The notes under the pieces: generated by a model | What the model was told of the DNA's origin: nothing | What the model saw: the letters and a program-made list of their open reading frames with translations, nothing else | Databases searched by the model: none | Origin: a virus | Taxonomy: Duplodnaviria > Caudoviricetes | Direction: 5' to 3' (one strand) | Length of the DNA: 64,000 bases | IMG/VR virus record: IMGVR_UViG_3300033076_001485 | Span: 32,001-96,000 of that record | Part shown: one piece after another, positions 21,174 through 30,713 of the stretch | Position numbering within the stretch: the first letter of the stretch is position 1 | Layout of the letters: each line of letters opens with the position of its first letter | Program-made: the position numbers and the translations under genes

Positions 21174-21878
21174 ATGGGTTTTCTTAATCAAACAACAAAT
21201 AACATAATTGTCGATGCAGTCTTGACAGACTTGGGTCGTCAATTTCTTGCAAGAAACGATGGCAGCTTTAATATTGTCAAATTTGCGCTAGCAGATAATG
21301 AAGTAGATTACACAATCATTCAACAATACGGGCGTCTTGTTGGTAAAGATAAGATTGAGAAAAATACTCCCGTATTTGAGGCATCGACAAATGCTAATAT
21401 TGCTCTCAAATATAAGCTTGTAAGCATCTCAAATCCTGCACTGACTATTTTACCATCACTTACACTTGATTATGGTTCAGCAGTGGTAAGTTCGAATGTT
21501 ATGTCTATATCAAGATTGACACAAAACCCAAGCGCAACTATCACAGTTAAGCAAGCAATTACACAAGGTAATTTTGTTTCACCTGAGCTGATTGATAATG
21601 CATTCGAAGTGCGTGTTAATGATCTATTTTTGGGTCTACAAAACCTAGTCCCAGATTCAGTTGATGCAAGTAATAACGCAACATACCTTATCGATCGATC
21701 ATCTGCGCTCTCAAGTGCAAGTGAATCATCTGGACAGTTCACATTGCGCCTTAAGACATTTTCACAAACACTCTTTGATGCATACAAGTCAAGCGGCCTA
21801 AACGTCATAAGAACCTATGTTAGGATCACAGGCATTAATTCGGGCGCTGTCAAAGAATTTGAAATAAGGATTAGCTAG
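21174..21878 (+). CDS. putative baseplate/fibre-attachment protein (N-terminal half of a P2 gpH/DUF3751-like domain)
   Basis: VDAVLTDLGRQFLA...IVKFALADNEVDY; late-type ATATTTA at 21152-21158 upstream. Confidence 0.6.
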   Translation: MGFLNQTTNNIIVDAVLTDLGRQFLARNDGSFNIVKFALADNEVDYTIIQQYGRLVGKDKIEKNTPVFEASTNANIALKYKLVSISNPALTILPSLTLDYGSAVVSSNVMSISRLTQNPSATITVKQAITQGNFVSPELIDNAFEVRVNDLFLGLQNLVPDSVDASNNATYLIDRSSALSSASESSGQFTLRLKTFSQTLFDAYKSSGLNVIRTYVRITGINSGAVKEFEIRIS

Positions 21879-21886
21879 GATAAAAA

Positions 21887-23074
21887 ATGCCCACATTTAA
21901 AGAAATAACAGCTGCTGATATTAAAACTAGCAGGTCAGCACTCAATCAGTTGGTCGATGTCATTCAAAATGACATCTCTGGTTCTAGCACAAGAAAGACT
22001 TATCAAGTCTTCGTTACGGGCGGGATCGGTCCAGGCGTCACATCATCACTTTTCCAGACAGTATTTGATCAAGATTACACACTCCAGACATCAAATGAAG
22101 TTCTAGACCTGACAGTGGGACTTTTCTCTGGAAGCGCCACAGTCGCCGCAGCAGTCACTGACATAGATTCAGCTGGAAAATTACTATTCCCATCACAGTC
22201 TCTTATGATGAGAGAGAAGATTAACATATATCGCCAATATGCACAAACACTTTTAGGTGATGCTGATTCTCAATTTTCTGCACCTTTTAGTGATCCAGGA
22301 ACATCAGACTATATTGATGAGGCAATTTTTATTAACTTTAAACGTTTGTTTGCTCGTGACAAGATTAAGCCACAAACATTTGCAATGAATTTTTACACAG
22401 CAAGCCTTGAATCAAACACGGCAGGCCCTAACTATACAAATGTTGATAAAACGTCAACACTTGCATCAGCAATTTTCACTGATGCAGGCAAGGGAACACA
22501 GTTTGGATTCGGTGGTCAAGTTGGTGATTTAGCTTTATCAACAGACTCAAATACAATTGTTGGCAATATCTTTTATGATCAAGGAATTCTTGTTCTTGAT
22601 GCGAAGAAAGCTATGTCAGGATCACAGCACGTTTCTGGCACTATAGACGCAATATCATCTACAGGCACAGCAGTTATTGGTAGCGCAGCTGGAAATCCAA
22701 ATGCTAAATTTATTCCCGATTTCTTCGTTTCCAGTTCAATCGATGACATTGTTGATCACTTGGCATCTTGTAGATTCCAGAGTGGTTCTCTTACAGCAAT
22801 GACTTTCCAGAATGTCACAAATATCAATTCAACACTTGTTTTCTGTCGTGCGACAGCAGACGAATTCAACTACTCAGCAAATCCAACATTCACTGATGCT
22901 GATGGGAACATTATTGTGATTGATGATCCAACAACAGATCGAACATTTAGTTACATCACAACAGTTGGTCTTTATGATGCAAATGATAATTTGCTTGCAG
23001 TCGCAAAGATGAGCAGGCCAATTGAGAAAAATGATGAAAAGGATTTGACATTTAGAGTTCGACTCGATTTCTAA
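21887..23074 (+). CDS. virion protein ending in a YITTVGLYD...LLAVAK...FRVRLDF domain
   Basis: C-terminal FCRATADEFNYSANPTF...YITTVGLYDANDNLLAVAKMSRPIEK; C-terminus paralogous to 23089-25440. Confidence 0.65.
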   Translation: MPTFKEITAADIKTSRSALNQLVDVIQNDISGSSTRKTYQVFVTGGIGPGVTSSLFQTVFDQDYTLQTSNEVLDLTVGLFSGSATVAAAVTDIDSAGKLLFPSQSLMMREKINIYRQYAQTLLGDADSQFSAPFSDPGTSDYIDEAIFINFKRLFARDKIKPQTFAMNFYTASLESNTAGPNYTNVDKTSTLASAIFTDAGKGTQFGFGGQVGDLALSTDSNTIVGNIFYDQGILVLDAKKAMSGSQHVSGTIDAISSTGTAVIGSAAGNPNAKFIPDFFVSSSIDDIVDHLASCRFQSGSLTAMTFQNVTNINSTLVFCRATADEFNYSANPTFTDADGNIIVIDDPTTDRTFSYITTVGLYDANDNLLAVAKMSRPIEKNDEKDLTFRVRLDF

Positions 23075-23088
23075 TATGTGGGAGAACG

Positions 23089-25440
23089 ATGTCATTCATC
23101 AAGCTACAGCCTGAGAACTTTGACACGTTCTCTCTTACTTTGCGCCCGAGAGCTGAATTTGTATCTTCATCATCTGGAGTAACAGGTTCAGTCCGTCTAA
23201 TCGAGCGTCCAAGCACTTATCTTAAAGAAGAAATTGCGATAGGTGAAAGAGGGACGTCAACATTTTATGAGACACCCGGTGTGCCAGGTTTTATTGAATT
23301 CATTCGTTCAAAAATGAATACAGACAGCGTTAAGCGTGATGATTACACGCGTTTTTATCTTAACGCTGTTAATTCGCTGGCAGAAAACCAGAAAAATAAT
23401 TTAGTAATACCAGCACAGCGCATCACACAATCAATTGATTTCGACACAAACTCATTCATAAAATCAACTGTTAAAAACATTTTAATACCACAGTATCGAT
23501 CTTCATATACTGACAGTGACTTTTCTTACAAGAATTATCATACAATTAATTTTTTTACATCATCAATGGTGTCTAACGATGCCGCAATCATGTATCCAAA
23601 TATTGATGATGTTTACACATTAACTGATAAATTTTCTATTGATTTGTACTTAAATCCAAGATATTTGGCAGATGCAAATGCGCATTTTAACGCGGGCGCA
23701 ATTTTGCATATGTCATCATCAATATGCTTGTCTTTGTTGACAGGATCACATAAAAATGAAAATGATCAAGTAGATAGATTTCGTCTTGCTGTCGCGTTTG
23801 GCCATAGCGCAAATGTGCCACCGTCAAGCATAGACGTAAATGCTGTTAATGGCACACGCTCATTTCCGCAAGATCTAATCTATGTTAGTGACGACAACAT
23901 GTTGAAACACAACCACTGGCACCATGTCACTGTAAGATGGGGGTCAACGGTCAACAATCGCACAGGAAGCATTCAAGTTGACAACATAACGTCATCTTTT
24001 TATTACCCGAGCTCATCAATAATTGACTTGTCTTATCCTAAAGTCTTATTTTTAGGAAATCAATACGTGGGTGCAGATGACACACAAAAGTTCTTTAATG
24101 CATCGGCGGCTTCAGATTTCGGTTTAGAGCAGATGAATCCGGGTGCTGTTGATCCTACAGGATTTACTTTTAGTAGCCCGCTTAATGCAGAAATACATGA
24201 TGTTAAGTTGTATAAACGATACATCACTACACAAGAAGCATTTCAAAATGCAATTCAAGCACCTAAAAAAGATGTTATTGGGCTTGCATTTTATGTTCCA
24301 CCATTTTTTACTAATAGCACAATTGATAACCAGTTCACTTTTCAGACACCTACAAGTTTACATAAAGTTATTCCAAGAGTTCCATTTAATACTAACCTTG
24401 CAACGCAAGCACAAGTTTTTTATCCACACCTACAAAACTTTTTAGTTGACTTAAAAAATCCTGATATAGGACGCCCACGCCTATACGGCTTTGAACCTAC
24501 AGTTGATACAGCAAAAGTTGACACATATGCATCAGAGCACATGTTTAGAAGCAGCTCGTATGCAAAGCGTGTCTACACAATTTTGCCCAACGATAATGGT
24601 CTTTTTTCTCCTAACTTTGAGTTCATATTGACTGCATCATCAGGTCTCGGTGTGATGTACCAACCCTATAAGACGCGGTTGGGTGAGGATATAACTTCAA
24701 TTAGCTTAGAAGAAATGGATCACACAACAGCACCAGGCTCATTAGGTGAAGCGACAGTCAATAGCATAGGTAGATCATATTTTATGTCACCAACGAACTA
24801 TCTCTTTGGTGGCACACCTGAAGAATATTTGGCATTAACGCAGGGAAATCTAACTACACTTCTATCATTTTCAGGTTCATCAGGATCTTTTGCAGATAGA
24901 ACAAGTAATTTATCTACAATCTATCAGATTAGTAATCTTTATTATGGTAATCAGATATTTCCAGAATCTTTTACAATTTCATCAACAGAATTGACAGGAT
25001 CTGGTGGAAAGATAAACATTACCTTGAAGGACAACGGACAAGGTGGACTTTACCGAGCCGACGCTGTTACACCAGCGCCTCGATGGGCAACCGTAGGCAA
25101 TCTCTTTTACGATGAGGGTCTTGCAATCATCAAGTCACCGCATCTCTATTACTTTGGTAAGGATAATTTTTCTGTCTCGTTTAATGGACACCAAAACATC
25201 CACACATATACCATAGATGCTATCTGTCCAGCTGGAGAGATCAATTCGTCATCTAATCCGAGTTACCTATCATTCCCACCAACAAATGAACAGAATGAAA
25301 CGGCAGATAACTTCGTGTACATCACGGGAATTAATATTCACGATGACAATTTCAATGTTATTATGAGAGCAAACCTGGCACAACCTGTGCTCAAGAGGCC
25401 CGATGAAGAATTTCTCTTTCGTCTCCGCTACGATATGTGA
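23089..25440 (+). CDS. virion protein with a LamG-like domain and the same C-terminal domain as 21887-23074
   Basis: HNHWHHVTVRW and AEIHDVKLY (LamG-type); C-terminal EINSSSNPSY...VYITGINIHDDNFNVIMRANLAQPVLK...FRLRYDM. Confidence 0.65.
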   Translation: MSFIKLQPENFDTFSLTLRPRAEFVSSSSGVTGSVRLIERPSTYLKEEIAIGERGTSTFYETPGVPGFIEFIRSKMNTDSVKRDDYTRFYLNAVNSLAENQKNNLVIPAQRITQSIDFDTNSFIKSTVKNILIPQYRSSYTDSDFSYKNYHTINFFTSSMVSNDAAIMYPNIDDVYTLTDKFSIDLYLNPRYLADANAHFNAGAILHMSSSICLSLLTGSHKNENDQVDRFRLAVAFGHSANVPPSSIDVNAVNGTRSFPQDLIYVSDDNMLKHNHWHHVTVRWGSTVNNRTGSIQVDNITSSFYYPSSSIIDLSYPKVLFLGNQYVGADDTQKFFNASAASDFGLEQMNPGAVDPTGFTFSSPLNAEIHDVKLYKRYITTQEAFQNAIQAPKKDVIGLAFYVPPFFTNSTIDNQFTFQTPTSLHKVIPRVPFNTNLATQAQVFYPHLQNFLVDLKNPDIGRPRLYGFEPTVDTAKVDTYASEHMFRSSSYAKRVYTILPNDNGLFSPNFEFILTASSGLGVMYQPYKTRLGEDITSISLEEMDHTTAPGSLGEATVNSIGRSYFMSPTNYLFGGTPEEYLALTQGNLTTLLSFSGSSGSFADRTSNLSTIYQISNLYYGNQIFPESFTISSTELTGSGGKINITLKDNGQGGLYRADAVTPAPRWATVGNLFYDEGLAIIKSPHLYYFGKDNFSVSFNGHQNIHTYTIDAICPAGEINSSSNPSYLSFPPTNEQNETADNFVYITGINIHDDNFNVIMRANLAQPVLKRPDEEFLFRLRYDM

Positions 25441-25960
25441 CACTATACTTGGGCTTGATATCTCAACATCTTGCACGGGATACGCATTAGTGACAGCAGA
25501 TCAAGGCACATTTATTGAGATTGGATATTTTAAGCTCGATAAGTTTGATGATTTTTTCGACAAATGCGACGTATTTAGAAGCGCGCTGGCTGATGTCCAA
25601 AAGCGCCATCCTGGTATCAAGAAGATTTGCATTGAAGAAAACTTGCAAGCATTCCGACCAGGATTGTCGTCTGCAAAAACAATCAACACACTTGCAAGAT
25701 TTAATGGTGCTGCGTCTTTGATCTCTTACGAAGTCTGCAAGACAAAACCCACATTTCTGAATGCAACATCAGCACGCTCGAAGTTAGGCATCAAGCTTGA
25801 TCGAAAATCAGATGTGACGACAAAGCAGCAAATTTTCGAATTTGTCAGACCTCAAGTTGATATTGAGTGGCCATCAACAAAGACAGGTAAACTCAACACG
25901 GCATGCTATGACATGGCAGATGCTTATGTTCTTGCTAGGGCAGGTTGGTTGAACAAGTAG
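25403..25960 (+). CDS. ruvC: RuvC-like Holliday junction resolvase
   Basis: ILGLDISTSCTGY (catalytic D), ICIEE (E), DMADAYVLA (D..D). The only ATG/GTG/TTG start overlaps the upstream gene by 38 nt. Confidence 0.85.
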   Translation: MKNFSFVSATICDTILGLDISTSCTGYALVTADQGTFIEIGYFKLDKFDDFFDKCDVFRSALADVQKRHPGIKKICIEENLQAFRPGLSSAKTINTLARFNGAASLISYEVCKTKPTFLNATSARSKLGIKLDRKSDVTTKQQIFEFVRPQVDIEWPSTKTGKLNTACYDMADAYVLARAGWLNK

Positions 25961-25988
25961 AAGACGCATCTTACTATTAAGATATGTC
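25949..25988 (+). promoter_or_regulatory. sigma70-like promoter TTGAAC-N17-TACTAT for a leaderless primase mRNA, overlapping a start-codon-occluding hairpin
   Basis: -35 at 25949-54, -10 at 25972-77, ATG at 25984 at the expected TSS distance. GACGCATCTTA (25963-73) pairs with TAAGATATGTC (25978-88): 10 of 11 pairs including one G-U. Confidence 0.65.
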
Positions 25989-26949
25989 AACTGTCACATC
26001 AACCGACAAGATTCGGTTCTTACGCGGAATTTTTCGTGACATCCAGGTATCACGTGACGGAAATGACGCTGCGGTACCATGCCCAAATTGCAAGACACAA
26101 GATAAAAAGAAACTGTCAGTCAATATTGACACGTGGAAATATCATTGTTGGGTTTGCGGAATAAAAGGTAATAATCTTAGATCCGTATTTAAGCAATATT
26201 ACTCACCCGAAGTTCTTGCATCGTTTAGAGCTCAATTCGGCGGTAATGATGACGACGCATTAGAGGTAGAAAAACCTGTTGAAGTTGTTACTCTACCCAG
26301 CGGAATTTGTCCAGTACCGCTCGTCAAGACTTCAAGAGATCCAAACCAGCGGGCTTGTTACACTTACCTCACAAAAAGAGGTATTACTGAGCGTGACATG
26401 TGGTACTGGAAGATGTGCACTAGTAAAGAGGGAAGATTTGATCGTCGCGTAATCATACCATCGTTTGACTCAACAGGTGATCTCAATTACTATGTGTCGA
26501 GATCAATTGATGATGATACACGTCCTCGTTACGTTAATTCAAAAGCCAATAAGACAGAAATCATTTTCAATGACTTGATGGTTGACTGGACACAACCCGT
26601 TGTTCTTGTTGAAGGTGTGTTTGATGCAGTCAGAATAGGGCAAAATGCAATTCCTATTCTTGGGTCCTATCTTCCACAATCAGCAGCACTATTTAGTAAA
26701 ATAGTTGCTCATGAGCTGCAAGTGACTCTTGCACTTGATCCTGACGCAATTGACAAGTCGCACAAGATTGCGCAAGATTTTTTCTCATTTGGCATTGATG
26801 TTAGACAAGCAGATATTAGCGGATACAAAGATATTGGTGAAATGCCGCGAGAAGTTGCACGTCAAAGAATTGCAGAAGCAAAACCTTGGTTAAAAAAGAC
26901 AGGAATGCTTCACAAGATAAGCAAAATCTCTAGCGGATCGATCTTGTAG
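25984..26949 (+). CDS. dnaG: DNA primase (zinc-binding domain + TOPRIM)
   Basis: CPNC...YHCWVC zinc ribbon, RVIIPSFD, VLVEGVFDAV, LALDPDA, KDIGEM. Confidence 0.92.
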   Translation: MSTVTSTDKIRFLRGIFRDIQVSRDGNDAAVPCPNCKTQDKKKLSVNIDTWKYHCWVCGIKGNNLRSVFKQYYSPEVLASFRAQFGGNDDDALEVEKPVEVVTLPSGICPVPLVKTSRDPNQRACYTYLTKRGITERDMWYWKMCTSKEGRFDRRVIIPSFDSTGDLNYYVSRSIDDDTRPRYVNSKANKTEIIFNDLMVDWTQPVVLVEGVFDAVRIGQNAIPILGSYLPQSAALFSKIVAHELQVTLALDPDAIDKSHKIAQDFFSFGIDVRQADISGYKDIGEMPREVARQRIAEAKPWLKKTGMLHKISKISSGSIL

Positions 26950-26964
26950 CTGATATTTAATTAC

Positions 26965-27327
26965 ATGTCTAATAGAAATAATCTTCGCAGAATGATTTTA
27001 AGAGAGATGATGGATGTCATTAATGACGATGCTCTCTTTACACAGAGAAGCCATGTTGATGACACACCTGTCGGATCTGCCTCGGACGACGAAAGTGTTG
27101 ACGAGTCAGATGTCTGTGGTTGCGGTTGCGGAGGCGCGCCAGGTGGCTGCGGTAAGGGAAAGTCTGGAACCGTAACAGCAACTGTCTTGTTCAAACGCGG
27201 TCTATATGAAATCATCGAAGATGCAATCAGCGTTTATGATCAATATGACGACGCAGATGAAATTAGCGACGAAATGGTCGCCGAGATCGAGCACTTTAAT
27301 AAAGCACTCAAGGCGTTTCGACAATAA
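26965..27327 (+). CDS. small acidic protein with an N-terminal LRRMILRE helix and a CGCGCGG..GGCG motif; probable late/head-associated protein
   Basis: ORF fills the gap between primase and nuclease genes; GATATTTA motif ends 5 nt before the ATG. Confidence 0.7.
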   Translation: MSNRNNLRRMILREMMDVINDDALFTQRSHVDDTPVGSASDDESVDESDVCGCGCGGAPGGCGKGKSGTVTATVLFKRGLYEIIEDAISVYDQYDDADEISDEMVAEIEHFNKALKAFRQ

Positions 27328-27363
27328 TATAAAAAGCACATTACCTGTCTAAGATAAGAACAT

Positions 27364-30300
27364 ATGAAAGCGTTCCATATCTCAGACATTCACTTTAGGG
27401 GCCTAACTCGTCACGACGAGTATAGGAAGTGCTTCAATAGACTGTTTGATATTGCACGAAAGGAAAAGCCTGACGTCTTTTTCATTGGTGGAGATATCGT
27501 TCACTCGAAAACACAGGGAATTACTCCTGAGTTGATCGATATTTTAACGTGGTGCTTTGAGACCATGTCAGAAATTGCTCCTGTTCATATGATCCTGGGC
27601 AATCATGACGGTTTGATGCACAACAAGAGTCGCCAAGACGCTATCTCACCAATCATTAATGCGATCGGTAATGATCGTATTAAGCTCTACAAGAAGTCAG
27701 GAGTTTATCCTGTAGGCATTCCAGGAATTAACTGGTGTGTCTTTTCGTGCTTTGATGAAGATGGCTGGGATGAAGTCAAGCCTGTTCCTGGTGACATTAA
27801 TATTGCTTGCTTTCACGGATCAGTTCGTGGTTCATCAACTGATTCAGACTGGAAAGTTGACGGAGAAGTAACAGCAGATTTCTTCGATGGATTTGACTAC
27901 GTCTTCTTGGGTGATATTCACAAGCGTCAAAATGTAACAGGTGATGGCGTCATTGCGTATCCTGGATCATTTATCCAGCAGGATTACGGTGAAGATGTCA
28001 TCAAGGGATGTCTTCTTTGGGACATCAAGACCAAAACTTCATATGATAGCAAATTCATTCATATTGTCAATGATTCACCATTTGTAACAATTGGTTATCG
28101 TGGTAATGTTGATGAAACATTTACTATGATTGATGATATGCCGTCTGGTGCACGTGTTAGGATCGCGTCAGATGTACCAGTTCCACCGACTACACTGCAT
28201 TTGATCGAAACTCGTCTACAAACCACCAAGACGCCGAAAGAAATCGTCTACAAAATCACTGAGTTTAATGGTGGTAGAAATATTGCAGGAGACAATGCGT
28301 CCACAGCAACTGATCTTCGTCAACCAAAAGTTATAAAAGATCTCATTCGTGATTATTACGCAGACGCTGCTCTCCCAGCAGATAAGCTTACACGAATTGA
28401 TGAAATCGTAGACAGATATATGAAGTCGCTAGATATAAGCAGTGACGAAGATCGAAATTACAATTGGTCACTAGACAAGCTGACTTTCAAAAATACATTT
28501 GCATTCCGAAATGACAATGTCATCGATTTTTCCAAGTCGTCAGGAATTACAGGTATCTTTGGAAAAAATCGAGCAGGCAAGTCATCCATTATTGGCAGCC
28601 TTGTTTACTGCTTGTTTAACACATCAGATCGTGGGTCACTCAAGAATCTACACATTATCAATGATAAGGAGAATTCTTGCGAGGCAGAGGCCGATATTAC
28701 AGTAAAGGGCGACAAGTATAAGATTACTCGTCGTACCAAGAAGACGTCAAACAAGAAGGGTGACATCAATGTCAATACATCACTAAGCATTAGCAAGCTT
28801 GACACAGACTTGCAACTCAGTGATGTTTCAGATGAACAGCGACGTGAGACAGAAAAAGTTCTGCGACAGCTTATCGGCACAGCAGATGATTTTTTCATGA
28901 CATCTCTTGCTGCACAGGGCAATCTCAATAAGTTTTTTGATGAGAAGTCGACAGCACGTAAGCAGATTATTGGAAAGTTTCTTAATCTTGATATTTTTGA
29001 CGCGCTGTATGAACGATCACGTGAAGATCTTGTTCCGTTACGTTCTTCTTTCAAGGGGCGCAGAGATAAGCAGCAGATTGATGCCAAGATTGAAGATGCA
29101 ACCCGTTCGCTTCACGATGAGAAAAAAAGATTTGAAGAGTTGTCTACAGAATATGACAGCCTAACAAAGAAAATTACGGGTCTACGTGAAATCATTAGCG
29201 GAGATGCTTCTGGAGAAGCAGCACTTAAGCTTCGTGATCTCGAAAAAAAGGAAGTCGCAATTGAAAGCAAGCTAACTGAGGCTAGCACAGCTCATTCTTT
29301 GGCATGTGTATCACGTGATAAACACCAGGCCCGTCTTGATAAATTTAAGAAAGTTCGTGATGCATTCTCTATCGACGAGCTTCGACAGACACTTAATCAA
29401 CAGCGTGATCTTGAAACTCGACTTGAGTCTGCAAATCGAGAACTCCAACAGCACATCAAAGCATTTTCTAGACTTAATGAAGATGTAGGTATCCTATCAA
29501 CTGTTCCTTGCGGAGACGAGTATCCAACTTGCCCATTCATCAAAAAAGCATTTGAAAGCAAGTCAAAAGTTGCACAGGAAAAAGAAGAAATTGAGCAGCA
29601 AAAGTTGCTGATAAGCAATATGCTAGATACACTTGCAAACTATGTTTCTCAAGATGTAGCAGGGAAGATCAGCAAATATGAGCAAATGCTCAATGAGGAG
29701 CGCAGCCTCCAGATCGAAGTTAGTAAGCTTGATTTGAAGATTGAGCACAACGAGAAAATAATCACAGAACAAAGTCATAATAAACAAGAAGTTGGAAGAG
29801 AAATTGATAGACTTCGTGCCGTTGTCAGTGATTCAACAGCACTTTGTGGTGTCTATGACACAATCAAAGAAGTCGAGGCTAAGATCGAGAAAGTTCGCAA
29901 AGATCAGCTCACAAATGCTAAGAATATTGGCTCATTTGAGTCGTCTATCGAATCTCTTGCAGCAGAAAAAGAGACACTTGAAAAAGATCTTGTTGATCTT
30001 GAGATTTATGAGCTTTTCAATGTTTCCATGTCAAAGAAGGGTCTACCATCTCGTCTAATTTCTAAACTTCTTCCACTTGTTAACGCAGAAATCCAGAATA
30101 TTCTTCTAGGCGTTTGTAATTTCACAGTTGAGCTGGAAGTTGATGATGAGTCTAATTCACTTGAAGTTTACATTAACTACGGTGATAAACGACGGATAAT
30201 TGAGCTAGGATCTGGCATGGAGAAGATGATCTCAGCAATTGCAACTCGCGTCGCGCTCATCAACATGTCTTCACTTCCAAAGTCAAATGTGCTTATTATT

Positions 30301-30483
30301 GATGAAGGCTTTGGCGCGCTTGATGACGCAAATCTTGAAGCATGCACTAGACTCTTGAAGTCTCTGAAGAAATACTTTGGTCAGATCATGATTATCTCAC
30401 ATGTTGATGCAATCAAAGATGCCGTTGACAATTTTGTTGAGATTAATTGGATCGATGGCGGTGCAAATGTTAGATACGAATAA
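27364..30483 (+). CDS. Mre11(SbcD/gp47)-Rad50(SbcC/gp46) fusion nuclease-ATPase
   Basis: Phosphoesterase motifs HISDIH, GGDIVH, GNHD, FHG, GDIH; Walker A GKNRAGKSS; coiled coil; signature-like GSGME; Walker B/D-loop IIDEGFGALD; H-loop ISH. Confidence 0.93.
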   Translation: MKAFHISDIHFRGLTRHDEYRKCFNRLFDIARKEKPDVFFIGGDIVHSKTQGITPELIDILTWCFETMSEIAPVHMILGNHDGLMHNKSRQDAISPIINAIGNDRIKLYKKSGVYPVGIPGINWCVFSCFDEDGWDEVKPVPGDINIACFHGSVRGSSTDSDWKVDGEVTADFFDGFDYVFLGDIHKRQNVTGDGVIAYPGSFIQQDYGEDVIKGCLLWDIKTKTSYDSKFIHIVNDSPFVTIGYRGNVDETFTMIDDMPSGARVRIASDVPVPPTTLHLIETRLQTTKTPKEIVYKITEFNGGRNIAGDNASTATDLRQPKVIKDLIRDYYADAALPADKLTRIDEIVDRYMKSLDISSDEDRNYNWSLDKLTFKNTFAFRNDNVIDFSKSSGITGIFGKNRAGKSSIIGSLVYCLFNTSDRGSLKNLHIINDKENSCEAEADITVKGDKYKITRRTKKTSNKKGDINVNTSLSISKLDTDLQLSDVSDEQRRETEKVLRQLIGTADDFFMTSLAAQGNLNKFFDEKSTARKQIIGKFLNLDIFDALYERSREDLVPLRSSFKGRRDKQQIDAKIEDATRSLHDEKKRFEELSTEYDSLTKKITGLREIISGDASGEAALKLRDLEKKEVAIESKLTEASTAHSLACVSRDKHQARLDKFKKVRDAFSIDELRQTLNQQRDLETRLESANRELQQHIKAFSRLNEDVGILSTVPCGDEYPTCPFIKKAFESKSKVAQEKEEIEQQKLLISNMLDTLANYVSQDVAGKISKYEQMLNEERSLQIEVSKLDLKIEHNEKIITEQSHNKQEVGREIDRLRAVVSDSTALCGVYDTIKEVEAKIEKVRKDQLTNAKNIGSFESSIESLAAEKETLEKDLVDLEIYELFNVSMSKKGLPSRLISKLLPLVNAEIQNILLGVCNFTVELEVDDESNSLEVYINYGDKRRIIELGSGMEKMISAIATRVALINMSSLPKSNVLIIDEGFGALDDANLEACTRLLKSLKKYFGQIMIISHVDAIKDAVDNFVEINWIDGGANVRYE

Positions 30484-30712
30484 AGGTACACCCTTGTTTT
30501 GTCAAATCTGTGAAACAGTTATGACAGGAATACGCGATGCTGAATATCATCGTCTTCACGGCTGTTGTGAAGAGTGCGGTATTAATTGGGCAGAGCGTAG
30601 ACGCAAAGAGTGGAGCGCTGGCTGGCGTCCCAGTAGTGAAGAAGTGTCTGATTCTATAAAGGATCGAAGAAGACGTATATTTATTGAAATAGATAGACTA
30701 AGAGGATCATAG
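30467..30712 (+). CDS. small zinc-finger protein (CQIC...CCEEC)
   Basis: Two CxxC pairs. Start moved from 30401 to the in-frame ATG at 30467 to minimise overlap with the upstream gene. Confidence 0.7.
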   Translation: MLDTNKGTPLFCQICETVMTGIRDAEYHRLHGCCEECGINWAERRRKEWSAGWRPSSEEVSDSIKDRRRRIFIEIDRLRGS

Positions 30713-30713
30713 T

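Noticed and set aside
27327-27363. Possible promoter/hairpin before the Mre11-Rad50 gene (TAAGAT at 27350-55)
   Set aside because: No convincing -35 element or stable stem; too ambiguous to call.
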